DNA from: a virus
Taxonomy: Duplodnaviria > Caudoviricetes
Strand: one strand, 5' to 3'
Length of the DNA stretch: 58,100 bases
Virus record (IMG/VR): IMGVR_UViG_3300030433_000606
Coordinates: 1 to 58,100 of that record
Made by a program: the position numbers and the translations under genes. This document shows, in pieces, positions 19,878 to 30,303 of the stretch; the stretch's first letter is position 1, and each line of letters opens with the position of its first letter. The notes beneath the pieces were generated by a model. The model was not told where the DNA came from and searched no databases. It saw only the letters and a list, made by a program, of their open reading frames with translations.

Positions 19878-19937
19878 GAAGGGGTTTACAAAGGATGTTG
19901 TTACACAACATTTGAATTATACCCCTTCGGTTTTTGT
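19878..19937 (+). terminator. Stem-loop followed by T-tract (terminator or structured RNA)
   Basis: GAAGGGGT (19878-19885) / ACCCCTTC (19921-19928) encloses ATGTTGT/ACAACAT (19895-19911), followed by GGTTTTTG, in an intergenic gap. Confidence 0.5.
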
Positions 19938-19983
19938 AAGAAGTGTTGGATTGAAAACGGACAACCACAGGTGATGGTGTTAG

Positions 19984-21375
19984 ATGGTTGAAATACATTC
20001 TTTTTCTGAAATACTGTCGAACAGTATATTGAAAAACACCATACAAGGACCTTCATTTGGTGATGCACCTAGACCCGCGGCTCAAGGTCAAGGAGAAGCA
20101 AACGCTAATCCTACTCCACCCGAAAATAATCAAGATGGTGAGAAAAAGGAAGAGGATAAGATAAAGCAAATAGTTCAACAACAACTCAACCGTTCTCTCC
20201 CCGATGGTGGTTGGTTTCAGTCGATGTTTGGCCGCGGTGCTGGTGACTTAGTTAAGGATTTGAGAATGGCTCGTCGTGAACATAAGGACATGCGCGACGC
20301 TATTGATTATGCTATTGATGCTATCCGTATCGCGAAGAAGCAAGAGGTGGAAGCAACTCTTCAATCAATCGAATGGATTGGTAAGCACGAAGGCACTGTC
20401 CGCAATTTAGGTATTAGCGAGCGCGACTTACAAGCGTTGAGAAAACATGGTAACAATCGCCAATACGCGCTAAGAAGAGCGTGCGTCCAATGGGAGAAGG
20501 CTAATGATACCATTAGCAAACTGTTGCTACTTGAAGGAGATTTCAATGATGAGCAAAGACAGATGTGGGTTGATGCACAACAAATCAAAAAGAATGCGAA
20601 AAAAGAATGGAAAAACGCTTTGCATTCAGTTGATAATATCAAAAAGACAGACGCTATTCATCTAACAAAGGCGGTACAAATACTTGAATCGCGTGGCCCA
20701 TTACCTTCTTCTGAGATTTTCGCTAACATGACGGGTGCTAGAAATCTTTCAAGTTCAAAATTGAGTGCGCTTCTCAAGATGCATGGTGTTGAATATGACA
20801 TTGAGCGCATCGGTAAATCGTGGGGTATCATTAGAGATGATACGGTCATTTTCAAAGATGTGTGGGCTTACGCCGCTGGTTTCCTAGACGCTGATGGTTA
20901 TATCACTATCACAAAGCGTCTTGAACCGCGGGCAGGTTTTATCGCCACAGGTGAAAGAGGTAAGATGCATTGTGAACATTTACACAAGGCTCTTGGGTGT
21001 GGTGTATTACAGACTGATTTGAAGATTCACAAGAATAGCAGAAGGACTCAACACAGGTTACAATTTTACAGTCAAGATGATTTGCGCAAACTGATGAAGG
21101 GAATCAAACCACATTTGCGAATGAAAAAAGGACAGGCTGATGCAGTCCTAGAACTTCTTGATTTGCGCGGTCGTAAAACTGATATTATCAAATCACGCCG
21201 TGATGAATTGTTTCGCATTGTTAAGTGGTTGAATTGGAAAGATGTGCCGGATAAGCGCGAAGAATTACTGAAGGAGTGGAACATTGATGAAGCGGGAGTG
21301 CTTGCGATGTTTAATCGGGACGGCGAAACCCTTCGTCTTGTTGACGACGCTAACCGACTTGTGGAGATGATATAA
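19984..21375 (+). CDS. LAGLIDADG endonuclease-domain protein with N-terminal helical and wHTH-like regions
   Basis: WAYAAGFLDADGYITI motif; upstream AVQILESRGPLPSSEIF...KLSALLK resembles a winged helix. Confidence 0.8.
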   Translation: MVEIHSFSEILSNSILKNTIQGPSFGDAPRPAAQGQGEANANPTPPENNQDGEKKEEDKIKQIVQQQLNRSLPDGGWFQSMFGRGAGDLVKDLRMARREHKDMRDAIDYAIDAIRIAKKQEVEATLQSIEWIGKHEGTVRNLGISERDLQALRKHGNNRQYALRRACVQWEKANDTISKLLLLEGDFNDEQRQMWVDAQQIKKNAKKEWKNALHSVDNIKKTDAIHLTKAVQILESRGPLPSSEIFANMTGARNLSSSKLSALLKMHGVEYDIERIGKSWGIIRDDTVIFKDVWAYAAGFLDADGYITITKRLEPRAGFIATGERGKMHCEHLHKALGCGVLQTDLKIHKNSRRTQHRLQFYSQDDLRKLMKGIKPHLRMKKGQADAVLELLDLRGRKTDIIKSRRDELFRIVKWLNWKDVPDKREELLKEWNIDEAGVLAMFNRDGETLRLVDDANRLVEMI

Positions 21376-23213
21376 TGGCAGAGGAAAAAGGATTGGTAGG
21401 GCGTTTTCTGAGTTCGCTAAGTAAACCGTTCAGAAGGCGTTCAACACCCGAACCTATGATGCCGTTATGGAAAACGGGCATACAAGAACCTGTTCTCGTA
21501 CAAGGCGTTTCAATACCTGCACTTTACGCGACTGTTCAAGAGTCTATTATTTTACGAACTACAATTAACACCCTATGTCAAGAAATCTTCAGACGCGGTT
21601 ACTATTGGGAAAAGAAATATCACAAGAAATGCACAAACTGCGAAGAAGAATATCAACATGATACTGTTACTCAATGTCGCATCTGTGGTAATGAAGAGTT
21701 CGATAGCCCGGACGCAGACCAAATCATGTACCCGCGTTGGTTGCTAAAACAACGCAATAGCATGGACCAATCATTCATCGAGATAATGAAAGAGATAGAA
21801 TGGGATTTGGATATTGTTGATGACGCGTTCTTGTTACTAATCAAAGAATATTTCATTGACCCCGATAGTGGTGAAATAGAGTTCTTCCGAGTCAAAGAGT
21901 TAGTGCGTGGTGACCCTACATTCATGCGCATTGTTGCTGACAAAGCAGGTAAGCGCGGTGGCAGATACCTTTTGTGTCCTATTCATCGTGACAAAACTTA
22001 TCCTCATAACCGCGAGCATAAGAAGTGCGAAGTGTGTTCTCTCCCTCTCCAAGATGTTCATTACATCAATACTGCTGGTAGTGGTAAAACGCAATACTAC
22101 ATTGACGGTGAAGTGTTACACTTGTCTAAGTTCAATCCAACTAAACTGTATGGGCGTTCTCCTGTCGCTAGTATGTGGAGGCAAGCACAGTCTCTTACTG
22201 CGATGGATAATTACATCTATCTTGCATATCAAAAGCGAAGAATCCCACGCGGTGTACTCGCTATTACTACTGATAATATCCAATCGACCGCTTCATTTTG
22301 GAAAGGCGCGGAAGAGAAGATGGAACGCGACCCGCACTATATACCAAAGGTTGGTGTTGAATCTTCATCGGGTCGTGGTAAAGTTGAGTTCGTGCGCTTC
22401 ATGGATAGCCTTGATGAGATGCAGTACGCACAAGTCCGCGATGAGATAAGAATGCGTATAGCGGCTTTCTATGGTGTTTCTAATGTGTTTATGATGGATG
22501 CCGGTAAATCCGGTGGATTGAATAACGAAGGTATGCAGATACTTGTTACTAATCGAGCAGTTGAGTCGGGACAAAAGTTGTATTCACGCGAATTATTCCC
22601 TCGCCTGTTAGAGCAAATGGGTGTTGAAGATTGGTGTTTGACACTATATCCGAATGAAGAAGAAGATGAAATTACACGACTAAGACGCGATGAGCAAGAA
22701 GTGAACATTGCACAAAGAATGCAAGCACTTGGATTCCAACCGGAATTGACAGAAGACGCTGGTCGCGATATACGATTTGTTTACAAGAAACCCGACCCGC
22801 AAGCAGCCATGATGCAACAGGCTGGTGGCGCGGGCGGAATGCCTATGCCACCGGGCGGCGGAATGCCGATGGGTGGCGGTATGACTCCACCTATGCCGCC
22901 GGGGGGCGGCTTACCTCCACAGGGTGCGGGCGCGATGATGCCACCGGGAGTTGGGGCTTCTCCTAGCGGCGGAGCGTCGCCCGGTGGTGGTACACCGATT
23001 ATGATGATGGAAAAAGCAGTAGGGTTGGGTGAAGGAACGGGGCAACGCGATAATGGACCTGCGCCTATTAGTTCTGAAACTCATCAATCCGGCGCGCCTT
23101 CATCCAAAAAGAACCAACGCGGTGCTAAAAAATCACCACTAGAAGAAGCACTTGATAGCATTCAAGCCGCGAAAGACCCTACTTCCAAGCAAAAAGAAAG
23201 TGGTTTCCAATAG
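21375..23213 (+). CDS. Portal protein
   Basis: EVLHLSKFNPTKLYGRSPV, IPRGVL and RIAAFYGVSNVFM motifs typical of HK97-like portals; position after terL. Confidence 0.9.
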   Translation: MAEEKGLVGRFLSSLSKPFRRRSTPEPMMPLWKTGIQEPVLVQGVSIPALYATVQESIILRTTINTLCQEIFRRGYYWEKKYHKKCTNCEEEYQHDTVTQCRICGNEEFDSPDADQIMYPRWLLKQRNSMDQSFIEIMKEIEWDLDIVDDAFLLLIKEYFIDPDSGEIEFFRVKELVRGDPTFMRIVADKAGKRGGRYLLCPIHRDKTYPHNREHKKCEVCSLPLQDVHYINTAGSGKTQYYIDGEVLHLSKFNPTKLYGRSPVASMWRQAQSLTAMDNYIYLAYQKRRIPRGVLAITTDNIQSTASFWKGAEEKMERDPHYIPKVGVESSSGRGKVEFVRFMDSLDEMQYAQVRDEIRMRIAAFYGVSNVFMMDAGKSGGLNNEGMQILVTNRAVESGQKLYSRELFPRLLEQMGVEDWCLTLYPNEEEDEITRLRRDEQEVNIAQRMQALGFQPELTEDAGRDIRFVYKKPDPQAAMMQQAGGAGGMPMPPGGGMPMGGGMTPPMPPGGGLPPQGAGAMMPPGVGASPSGGASPGGGTPIMMMEKAVGLGEGTGQRDNGPAPISSETHQSGAPSSKKNQRGAKKSPLEEALDSIQAAKDPTSKQKESGFQ

Positions 23214-23250
23214 CGATACCTTCAAGAGTTGAGCAGTAATGGGCTTACTT

Positions 23251-23595
23251 ATGAGCGACCTACTCAACAAGATGGACCCGATGGTTCGTAAACTTGAATC
23301 TGCTTTGTCTGAGTTCAAGATTGCACTTGCAAATAACGACCTTGTATCAGCAGAACAATTCTTACGCAGCATTCAAAGTAACGCTGATTATCTCGCTGAT
23401 GATGTCACCGCGATTTACAAGTCACAAAACGGTGATGACAGAATCATGGGTGTCAACGATAGATTCGCGGGTGGCTTCCCTGTTGCTCAATTTAACAGTA
23501 CACAGGGAGTTATCGCGAAGTCCGAAGATAGACCAATGGGTTACATTGGACCGGACAGAATTGGTAGCCACTTCAAGAAGCAAGGACAGGTGTGA
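23251..23595 (+). CDS. Hypothetical head-module protein
   Basis: ORF (start 23239 or 23251) with an N-terminal coiled coil. Confidence 0.65.
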   Translation: MSDLLNKMDPMVRKLESALSEFKIALANNDLVSAEQFLRSIQSNADYLADDVTAIYKSQNGDDRIMGVNDRFAGGFPVAQFNSTQGVIAKSEDRPMGYIGPDRIGSHFKKQGQV

Positions 23596-23942
23596 GCGTG
23601 TCAGAAGAAACTGATGCTATGGTTCTAATGAAAGCACTCATTAGTAAAATGGAATCAATGGATGCTGAGATTGTATCTATGCGTAAGAGTATAGATACAC
23701 CGGAGTTACTACTCAAGCGCGCAGGTTTTGTGCGTGCAAAAACACCCGCTAACGAAGATGTTTGGGGTGACCCACTTCGCGGTGACCGTGAAGATGTCAT
23801 TAGTAAAGCGGCTGCTGCTATTGACGATGCGGGTATGAGTATGCCATCATCAAACGAAGAATGGCATGATATGTCATGGGAAGAGATTCACGCTATGGCT
23901 AACACCGCAGCAGAAGTTGAAGGAAGGAGGATAGACCAATGA
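23592..23942 (+). CDS. Putative accessory scaffolding protein
   Basis: Coiled-coil N-terminus; C-terminal MSWEEIH motif matches the MSWDDVH end of the protease-scaffold. Confidence 0.6.
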   Translation: MSVSEETDAMVLMKALISKMESMDAEIVSMRKSIDTPELLLKRAGFVRAKTPANEDVWGDPLRGDREDVISKAAAAIDDAGMSMPSSNEEWHDMSWEEIHAMANTAAEVEGRRIDQ

Positions 23943-24289
23943 AACCAATGAAGGTTGAAGCAGGGCAGCACGCCCCCGATGTTGATGAGATAATTGAAAA
24001 AGCAAATGACATCATCGAAAAGGTTGACAAGGAAACAAAGGAGTTCGGCTCAGAACACGCTGATTTGTTTGCTAATGTTACAGGTAGCGAACCTGTACGC
24101 ACAGGATATTATGACACCAACCAAAGACGAATTGAAGTTAAGGATGTTCCAAAAACCAAACCTAAGAAGGAAGAAGTTAAGTTAACTCCTATCGGTTACC
24201 CATACCCCTTAGAAGCGCGCGAAAACAAGAAGGGTGACCCATCCGATAAGAACCCGGAATCAGCATACAATCTCACAGACTTCCTATGA
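23939..24289 (+). CDS. Hypothetical head-module protein
   Basis: GGAGGA RBS, ATGA overlap, charged 116-aa ORF. Confidence 0.7.
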   Translation: MKPMKVEAGQHAPDVDEIIEKANDIIEKVDKETKEFGSEHADLFANVTGSEPVRTGYYDTNQRRIEVKDVPKTKPKKEEVKLTPIGYPYPLEARENKKGDPSDKNPESAYNLTDFL

Positions 24290-24300
24290 GGTGATGATGT

Positions 24301-27300
24301 GTGCGCGAAGATGCCTTTGAATATCATCACAGAGTTTGTGATGAGTTTGTAAAAGCAGTATTCAATAATCAAGACGCACGCGATGAAGCCGTCAATGTCT
24401 TGTTGAGTTGTAACAACTTAGAGAATCAAGGTTACACGCGTATATTCCTCAAGAATGAAGCGGAAGAATATATTGAAGGCAGAATGAAACCTACACTAGA
24501 GTTTAACAAACTACCCGCTAGTGAACAGGCGAAAATATTCTCAACTAAGGACACTCGCAGCGAACCTGCGCCTTCACGCCATCATCGCATGAAGCCTCAA
24601 ATTAAGAATGAGGATTTGATAAGAGCGATAGAGCAAGATGATGTTAACGCATTTGACACTATGATTCGTCGCGCAGCGGGTTGGAGGCACGACTCTGTAC
24701 CTAATACTAAGGATAAGGGTCTGAATATTATAGGCGACCATTCAAAGTTCAGAGCAGTAAATATGTTTCCTCCGCGCGATGGAGATGTTTCATATGGTGA
24801 GATACCACTTTTCCAAAAGTTAACGCGCTACCTATACAAAGATGGTATGAGTAATGCGAAAAGACTCAATGACGCGATGGTGAAATTATCTAAGAGTATG
24901 TCACCGGAATTGAAGCAGCAGCACATATTCAGTACATGGAATGGAAACAATGTTAACATGATGAAATTGTTTGAAAGAGGCCGTAATGATTTCAAAGAGT
25001 ATTACAAAGAGAGATACGATGTCAATGACCTTCCAAGCAATATCGCTCAACAATTAGATTTACACTTTATGAGAGTCAAGAATTGGGAGAATGAAGGGTT
25101 ACCACGCGATGTGGTGATGGATAATCTGTTTGATGATAACGGTCAACCTATCCGTTCTAGTAAAGATGACTCGCCTGTCGGCAAACTGAGAAAGTTGGCA
25201 GATAAGTACAATAGCAGAAGTCAAAAACCCTTGATAGGTCAAAATAACTTTGGTCGCGTTGGTATAGACCCGTATCGTTTAGGTATAGCCATGTTACCTT
25301 ATGATAACATTTATCAAATACAGAAATGGATGTTGACGGGTGCTGGTGTTCAAGAAGACGGCTCAATCAATGACTCTGTTATCAACAAGATTCTAGGTCC
25401 AAACGCGAGAGGTTACATGGCTCATCATGCTTATCTGATGGATAACATGTTAAACACTATTTACGCGGGTGGTGCTGATAAAAGAGGTATGAGTCAAACG
25501 ATTGGTAACCGTTATCTCAAAGATAAGAAGACTCGGTTGATGACTGAGATAGAGCAAGAGAAAGAGCGTAAGATAGAGCAAATGAAAGAGAATAATTTCC
25601 CGCGTGCGGTGGAATCTTCTATTGTTTCTGTACTCAATAATTATGATTTGGAATCTATTGCTGAAAAGTTTGCTGAAGAGAATAACATGTTTTTCATCAA
25701 TGAAGGTGGTAAATACCCGCACATCAAAAGCGACTTAGTTGGCTCTATGTTAGAAATGAATAATGATTTGCCGGACATGAAAGAATTAGTGAAAAGTGGA
25801 TTCTTTGATGAAGACCAACTCGACGAGATAATCAATGGTATTGCTAACGACTATGCGCGCACAGAGTTCAGTAAACATTTACGCGAATCAATAAATGGTT
25901 ACATTTACACTCATGGTTGTGATGATGATTGGGATATGCAGAAAAAACCCAAACTATCATTATCGCCTCTAGGTATAGTCATGGAAGGTGTAGGTTATCA
26001 CGGTAACTTAGATGGTGAATCAAACGACTTCGCGCGTGCTTACGAAGAAGCGTTTGAAGATATTTACTTCGCACCGTTGTCAACAGTCAATTTCGCTCAA
26101 ACAAATAGAAGTGAGAGAACGGGTAAAGGCTCAAATGTAACACAAGAGAGAATCAATGAGTTTGACCCCGATAAGGACATCGACGGTCAAATCAGAGTTG
26201 ACTTATCAACCGCGCTTCAAGCAAGTAATTACAGACCCGAAGAGCAAGATGCTATGTTAGCAAGTTACGATGCTGGTAACACAGTCAAACTTGAGATGAC
26301 GCGCGGTGATATGAGTTTGGATGAGATAGCAGAAAGAAGTCTTGGCTTTGACCCTAACAAGCAAGATGATGAAGAAGAGCAAAAAACGGGTGTTGACGCG
26401 ATTGAATCTTTCATGGAGGGTATGCCTTCTCCTAGAACACCAGCGACTAGAGGACTCAACTCATTCTATATGGCACACTCTAGCAATTTGCAATGGAATA
26501 TGGATGACTTGGTAGGGTGGACGAGTCTTGATAATATACCGTTAGACGCTACTTCAGTCGCGTTAGATACACCAATGTTTGGTTTGAGAAAGAAGCGCAT
26601 CAATTCTTTTGACACAGGTGCAGACCAATTGTTACACACTAGATGGATGTCAGATAACGACAATGATGATAGATTACTAACACATCATAGATATGATTTG
26701 ACACAACAGGATAAACTGTTGATTGATGCATTGATGATGGGCGCGCACGACCCGCTTCACATCGAAGATTCTGAATCCATGAAACGATTCTTAGAAGCAA
26801 TAGACCCCGATAACAAGGATAGGTTATCATCTGTGTCGCATAATAATCACAATGATTTGATTGGTTATGGTGGCAGAAGTGGTAGGGATTTGAGAGAAGA
26901 AGTGTTGAGTGGCGCGACGCAGACACCGGACACAAAGTATGCTATCTATGACGCGCAAGATTATGAAGAATACAAACGAAACTTCCATGACTTCTTGAAA
27001 AAAGATATTCCGTATTCACCACCCGTCGCTTTAGTCGGTCAAGAGAATGGTATAGCGACTAGAGGCAGGTTGCTGCAAGAATTGAAAAACAAAGACCAAG
27101 CGTTTCAAGAAGCGACAACCACTAGAGAAAAAGGTTTGCGCGAAGATGAGTTACGCAAATTGTTAGGTATGGATGGAGGTCAACAAGCCGAACACGGCAA
27201 AATAGTTGCTTATCACAAATACGAAGATGAAGACGGTACTACACAGGTTCAACCATTAGTCATAGGCCCAAGCCCTAGTTACATATCTTCTTTGGATGAA

Positions 27301-30285
27301 GCACATTTGAGTCAAATGGTGGTGATGGCTAAAATCAGTGGCAATGAGATGCAACAGGAGATGTTAGAGAAGAAGTTGATGGGGTTACGCGAAGTTCACG
27401 AAGGCGGTCCTATGTCACTCAATTATCACGAAAAGCGTCTAAACAATGTGGCTGATACACACAACGCGGTGAAAAAAGTGTTTGACGCTTTGCGACCTGT
27501 TATTGAAAAAGTGTACCCCGGTGTATTCGAGGGAGATAACGCGTGGGATGCTACCGCATATACCGCAAGGATGGCTGAATATATCTGCGCGCTATCACCT
27601 AGACAAAGAGGTCTATTGTTTAGTGGAAAAGAGAATATTAGTGTCGGCGGTAAAAAAATGTCTTTTGACCTAAACACTGAACAGGTGGAAGATTTGATGC
27701 ATTTGAAAACTCAGCGTAAAACACATCAGCAAAACACAAGTGTCGCGAGAGAAATGAAGCATAGTCATTTCGGTGGAGTGCAACCTAAAGGTCATGCGAT
27801 GTTATCTAAACTAGCAGAAAGCAATGAATACATGACTTCGGAAGATAGAAGAATATTCGATGAAGTAATCAGTAATGTCAAGGAGGCGGCGAGTGAGCAA
27901 GGCATTAGTTTTGAAGATGCTTTTGCTGCGCGATATTATCCACATAGCGCGGTTGATAGAAAACCCATAGTCGATACGCCAAAAAATAGACGAAGACAGG
28001 CAACCCACGATATGATTAGGTTAAAGCACAGACAAGGCAATTTCATGCACAATGACGGTGGCACATACCATGACGGTCGAGAGTTTGGATTGTTACACGG
28101 TGGCCCTTCGGTCACAACAAAGAAGGGTAAACCAATCAGCATGGGTAAAGAGCGCGAGATTATTTTTCAAATGCTGAAGCATGGATTAGAGGAAACAAGA
28201 ATGGGTAGTGATGTATCATTACAAAACGCGCCTCTTTGGAACAAATCAGTTTTGCGTAAAAATATGACTGCTAAACAATCAATGAACTTCAACAAACCTA
28301 ACCAATGGAAAAAGATTGGTCTTACGCTCGCTAGTCCTACAACAACTGCGATGAAAACCAAGTTGGGTGGTGAAGATGAAGATAAGTCAATGGGGGGTAT
28401 GGATTTCAATAATGCTCAACCAATGCCGCTTTACACAAGTCGCGATAAGAAGTTCCACTATGGCACTGTTATCAAACCACCATTCGTCATTAACACCGAA
28501 GCATTAGCAGACGGTAACTTGTACTTAGAAGATGATGACGCGCATACATACAACACACCACCGAAGGCTATGAAGGCATACATGCCGAGGAATGCCATGA
28601 TTCATCTTAACCCTAACTTGAAACCACTTGATGCTACTAATCCAAATAACACTGTTCAATACACTAACTTTGAAAGTGAACCAAACCCTAACATGCGTAT
28701 AGGTCAAAGCGCGAATAGAGCAATGGGTGCTGCTGAACAAGGTGGTGTCAATGTTAACGATGAAAGCCTATTCCATTATTCTGATATTGACTTAGCGTTA
28801 GATGATACACTCATTATGAAAGATGACGGTAAACCACAACCTGTCAAGTTCATGCATCGCATCTTCGACTTAGAAGACATGCAGCATTTGCGCGGATTTA
28901 CAGGAGATTGGGTGATTAGTCTATACCCTCAAGGTGAGCATGTCATCGCAACTAAAAAGGGTAAAAAACTGAGTGCTTACAGTACAGAAGGAGAAGTGAA
29001 ATTAGATGATGATATTTTGGCGGAAGTGGAGAAAGTGTACGAGAAAGACTTCACGGTACACGCGATTCTTCATGATGGAGTAATGACAGTTATTGATTTA
29101 CTGAAAACGGCTGATGAAGATACACACAACATGCCGACCAAAGATAGAATCAGACACCTACGCGCTCAGTATGAGTCGAGTGAACATATCAAGATGCCCG
29201 AACCTATCAACACTAAGCGTAGTGATGATGAAGGGTTGAAGGTCGCAATTGATGGATTGAGAAATGAAAACAACATGGATATTCTTTTGCGCGATGCTAA
29301 CGCTACATACATGAAAGGTGAACCGCGACATCCGAAGTGGGTGTTACTCAGCAAAGAGAAAATGGTTGATGTAATCATTGTGTCGCGTAACGGCAAGAAT
29401 TACTCAGTCGGTGTTGGTCCACTAATGTTCCCCGAAAATTATGGCAAGCGCGCACAACAAGTTGGCGATGAACATTACATGAATGTAGGTAGTGCGAAAG
29501 GACCACGCGGTTTGAAAGTCGGTGACTTCGCTACTATCCGATGCACAGGAGTTAGTGCATCTAAAGGTGACAATCCTGTGTATAGAGTGCGTTCAGCGAA
29601 GATAACAGACAATGAGCCACTTGCTGCTGATAGTGTTGAAACATTAGCAATCATGTCCGGCGACCACCATGTTCCTCAACAAGTCAATATGAAGAAGGGC
29701 AAAATCACTATTCTATTCCCTGCGTTTGATGATGAAGTAATCTGCAAAACGCGCGAAGAAGAAGGTGTATGGATGGTTGAACCGCAATCTTCTGTATGGG
29801 GCAATGAATATCTTGTCAAGTTAGCACACGACCAAGAACCATATTGGGAGTTGAAAGCCGCGTGGTTGTTGAAAGAGAAACCCGAAGATGAGCCGGAGTA
29901 TGATGAAGTTGACCCCGAACCGCCAGCAGGTCATTCCAAGAAGCCAAAGAAGGTTCTTGAAGAAGAAGAAGAAGTCATCAAGCGCGGGCTTGAATTAGTT
30001 GAGCGCGGATTAGAACATCTTGCTAAAGAGAAAATCACAAGCACAGGTGTTCAAGGTCTAGGTCTTGATTACGCGGGTGCTGATGTCGAGTCACCGCGAG
30101 GCCCAACAGAAAATATTCGCGACGACACCATGCCCGATTTCGACCCACAAGCGAGAAAGGATGACGAAGTTAAACCGGCTAAGGGTAAGAGAACCAAGCG
30201 ACTGCGTTCCACTGAAGGCGAAACTGCTACATTAGAAGATGATGGCGTTATCGCGATTGAAAACAGTTCCTTTGATATACAATGA
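24301..30285 (+). CDS. Giant (1,994 aa) protein with a C-terminal degenerate ATP-dependent DNA ligase-like domain
   Basis: GAGGTGA RBS; approx. 28820-29660 shows ligase-like motif order (WVISLYPQGEH, VIDLL, DRIRHLR, ILLRDANATYMKGEPRHPKW, OB-fold VDVIIV). Confidence 0.75.
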   Translation: MREDAFEYHHRVCDEFVKAVFNNQDARDEAVNVLLSCNNLENQGYTRIFLKNEAEEYIEGRMKPTLEFNKLPASEQAKIFSTKDTRSEPAPSRHHRMKPQIKNEDLIRAIEQDDVNAFDTMIRRAAGWRHDSVPNTKDKGLNIIGDHSKFRAVNMFPPRDGDVSYGEIPLFQKLTRYLYKDGMSNAKRLNDAMVKLSKSMSPELKQQHIFSTWNGNNVNMMKLFERGRNDFKEYYKERYDVNDLPSNIAQQLDLHFMRVKNWENEGLPRDVVMDNLFDDNGQPIRSSKDDSPVGKLRKLADKYNSRSQKPLIGQNNFGRVGIDPYRLGIAMLPYDNIYQIQKWMLTGAGVQEDGSINDSVINKILGPNARGYMAHHAYLMDNMLNTIYAGGADKRGMSQTIGNRYLKDKKTRLMTEIEQEKERKIEQMKENNFPRAVESSIVSVLNNYDLESIAEKFAEENNMFFINEGGKYPHIKSDLVGSMLEMNNDLPDMKELVKSGFFDEDQLDEIINGIANDYARTEFSKHLRESINGYIYTHGCDDDWDMQKKPKLSLSPLGIVMEGVGYHGNLDGESNDFARAYEEAFEDIYFAPLSTVNFAQTNRSERTGKGSNVTQERINEFDPDKDIDGQIRVDLSTALQASNYRPEEQDAMLASYDAGNTVKLEMTRGDMSLDEIAERSLGFDPNKQDDEEEQKTGVDAIESFMEGMPSPRTPATRGLNSFYMAHSSNLQWNMDDLVGWTSLDNIPLDATSVALDTPMFGLRKKRINSFDTGADQLLHTRWMSDNDNDDRLLTHHRYDLTQQDKLLIDALMMGAHDPLHIEDSESMKRFLEAIDPDNKDRLSSVSHNNHNDLIGYGGRSGRDLREEVLSGATQTPDTKYAIYDAQDYEEYKRNFHDFLKKDIPYSPPVALVGQENGIATRGRLLQELKNKDQAFQEATTTREKGLREDELRKLLGMDGGQQAEHGKIVAYHKYEDEDGTTQVQPLVIGPSPSYISSLDEAHLSQMVVMAKISGNEMQQEMLEKKLMGLREVHEGGPMSLNYHEKRLNNVADTHNAVKKVFDALRPVIEKVYPGVFEGDNAWDATAYTARMAEYICALSPRQRGLLFSGKENISVGGKKMSFDLNTEQVEDLMHLKTQRKTHQQNTSVAREMKHSHFGGVQPKGHAMLSKLAESNEYMTSEDRRIFDEVISNVKEAASEQGISFEDAFAARYYPHSAVDRKPIVDTPKNRRRQATHDMIRLKHRQGNFMHNDGGTYHDGREFGLLHGGPSVTTKKGKPISMGKEREIIFQMLKHGLEETRMGSDVSLQNAPLWNKSVLRKNMTAKQSMNFNKPNQWKKIGLTLASPTTTAMKTKLGGEDEDKSMGGMDFNNAQPMPLYTSRDKKFHYGTVIKPPFVINTEALADGNLYLEDDDAHTYNTPPKAMKAYMPRNAMIHLNPNLKPLDATNPNNTVQYTNFESEPNPNMRIGQSANRAMGAAEQGGVNVNDESLFHYSDIDLALDDTLIMKDDGKPQPVKFMHRIFDLEDMQHLRGFTGDWVISLYPQGEHVIATKKGKKLSAYSTEGEVKLDDDILAEVEKVYEKDFTVHAILHDGVMTVIDLLKTADEDTHNMPTKDRIRHLRAQYESSEHIKMPEPINTKRSDDEGLKVAIDGLRNENNMDILLRDANATYMKGEPRHPKWVLLSKEKMVDVIIVSRNGKNYSVGVGPLMFPENYGKRAQQVGDEHYMNVGSAKGPRGLKVGDFATIRCTGVSASKGDNPVYRVRSAKITDNEPLAADSVETLAIMSGDHHVPQQVNMKKGKITILFPAFDDEVICKTREEEGVWMVEPQSSVWGNEYLVKLAHDQEPYWELKAAWLLKEKPEDEPEYDEVDPEPPAGHSKKPKKVLEEEEEVIKRGLELVERGLEHLAKEKITSTGVQGLGLDYAGADVESPRGPTENIRDDTMPDFDPQARKDDEVKPAKGKRTKRLRSTEGETATLEDDGVIAIENSSFDIQ

Positions 30286-30303
30286 GAATTGTCGCGAAGA
30301 GCA

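Noticed and set aside
19984-21375. Intron- or intein-encoded homing endonuclease
   Set aside because: terL and portal are intact; no intein splice residues or split host gene seen.
24301-30285. Functional DNA ligase
   Set aside because: The catalytic Lys and acidic motif residues are missing, so it is reported as a degenerate fold instead.
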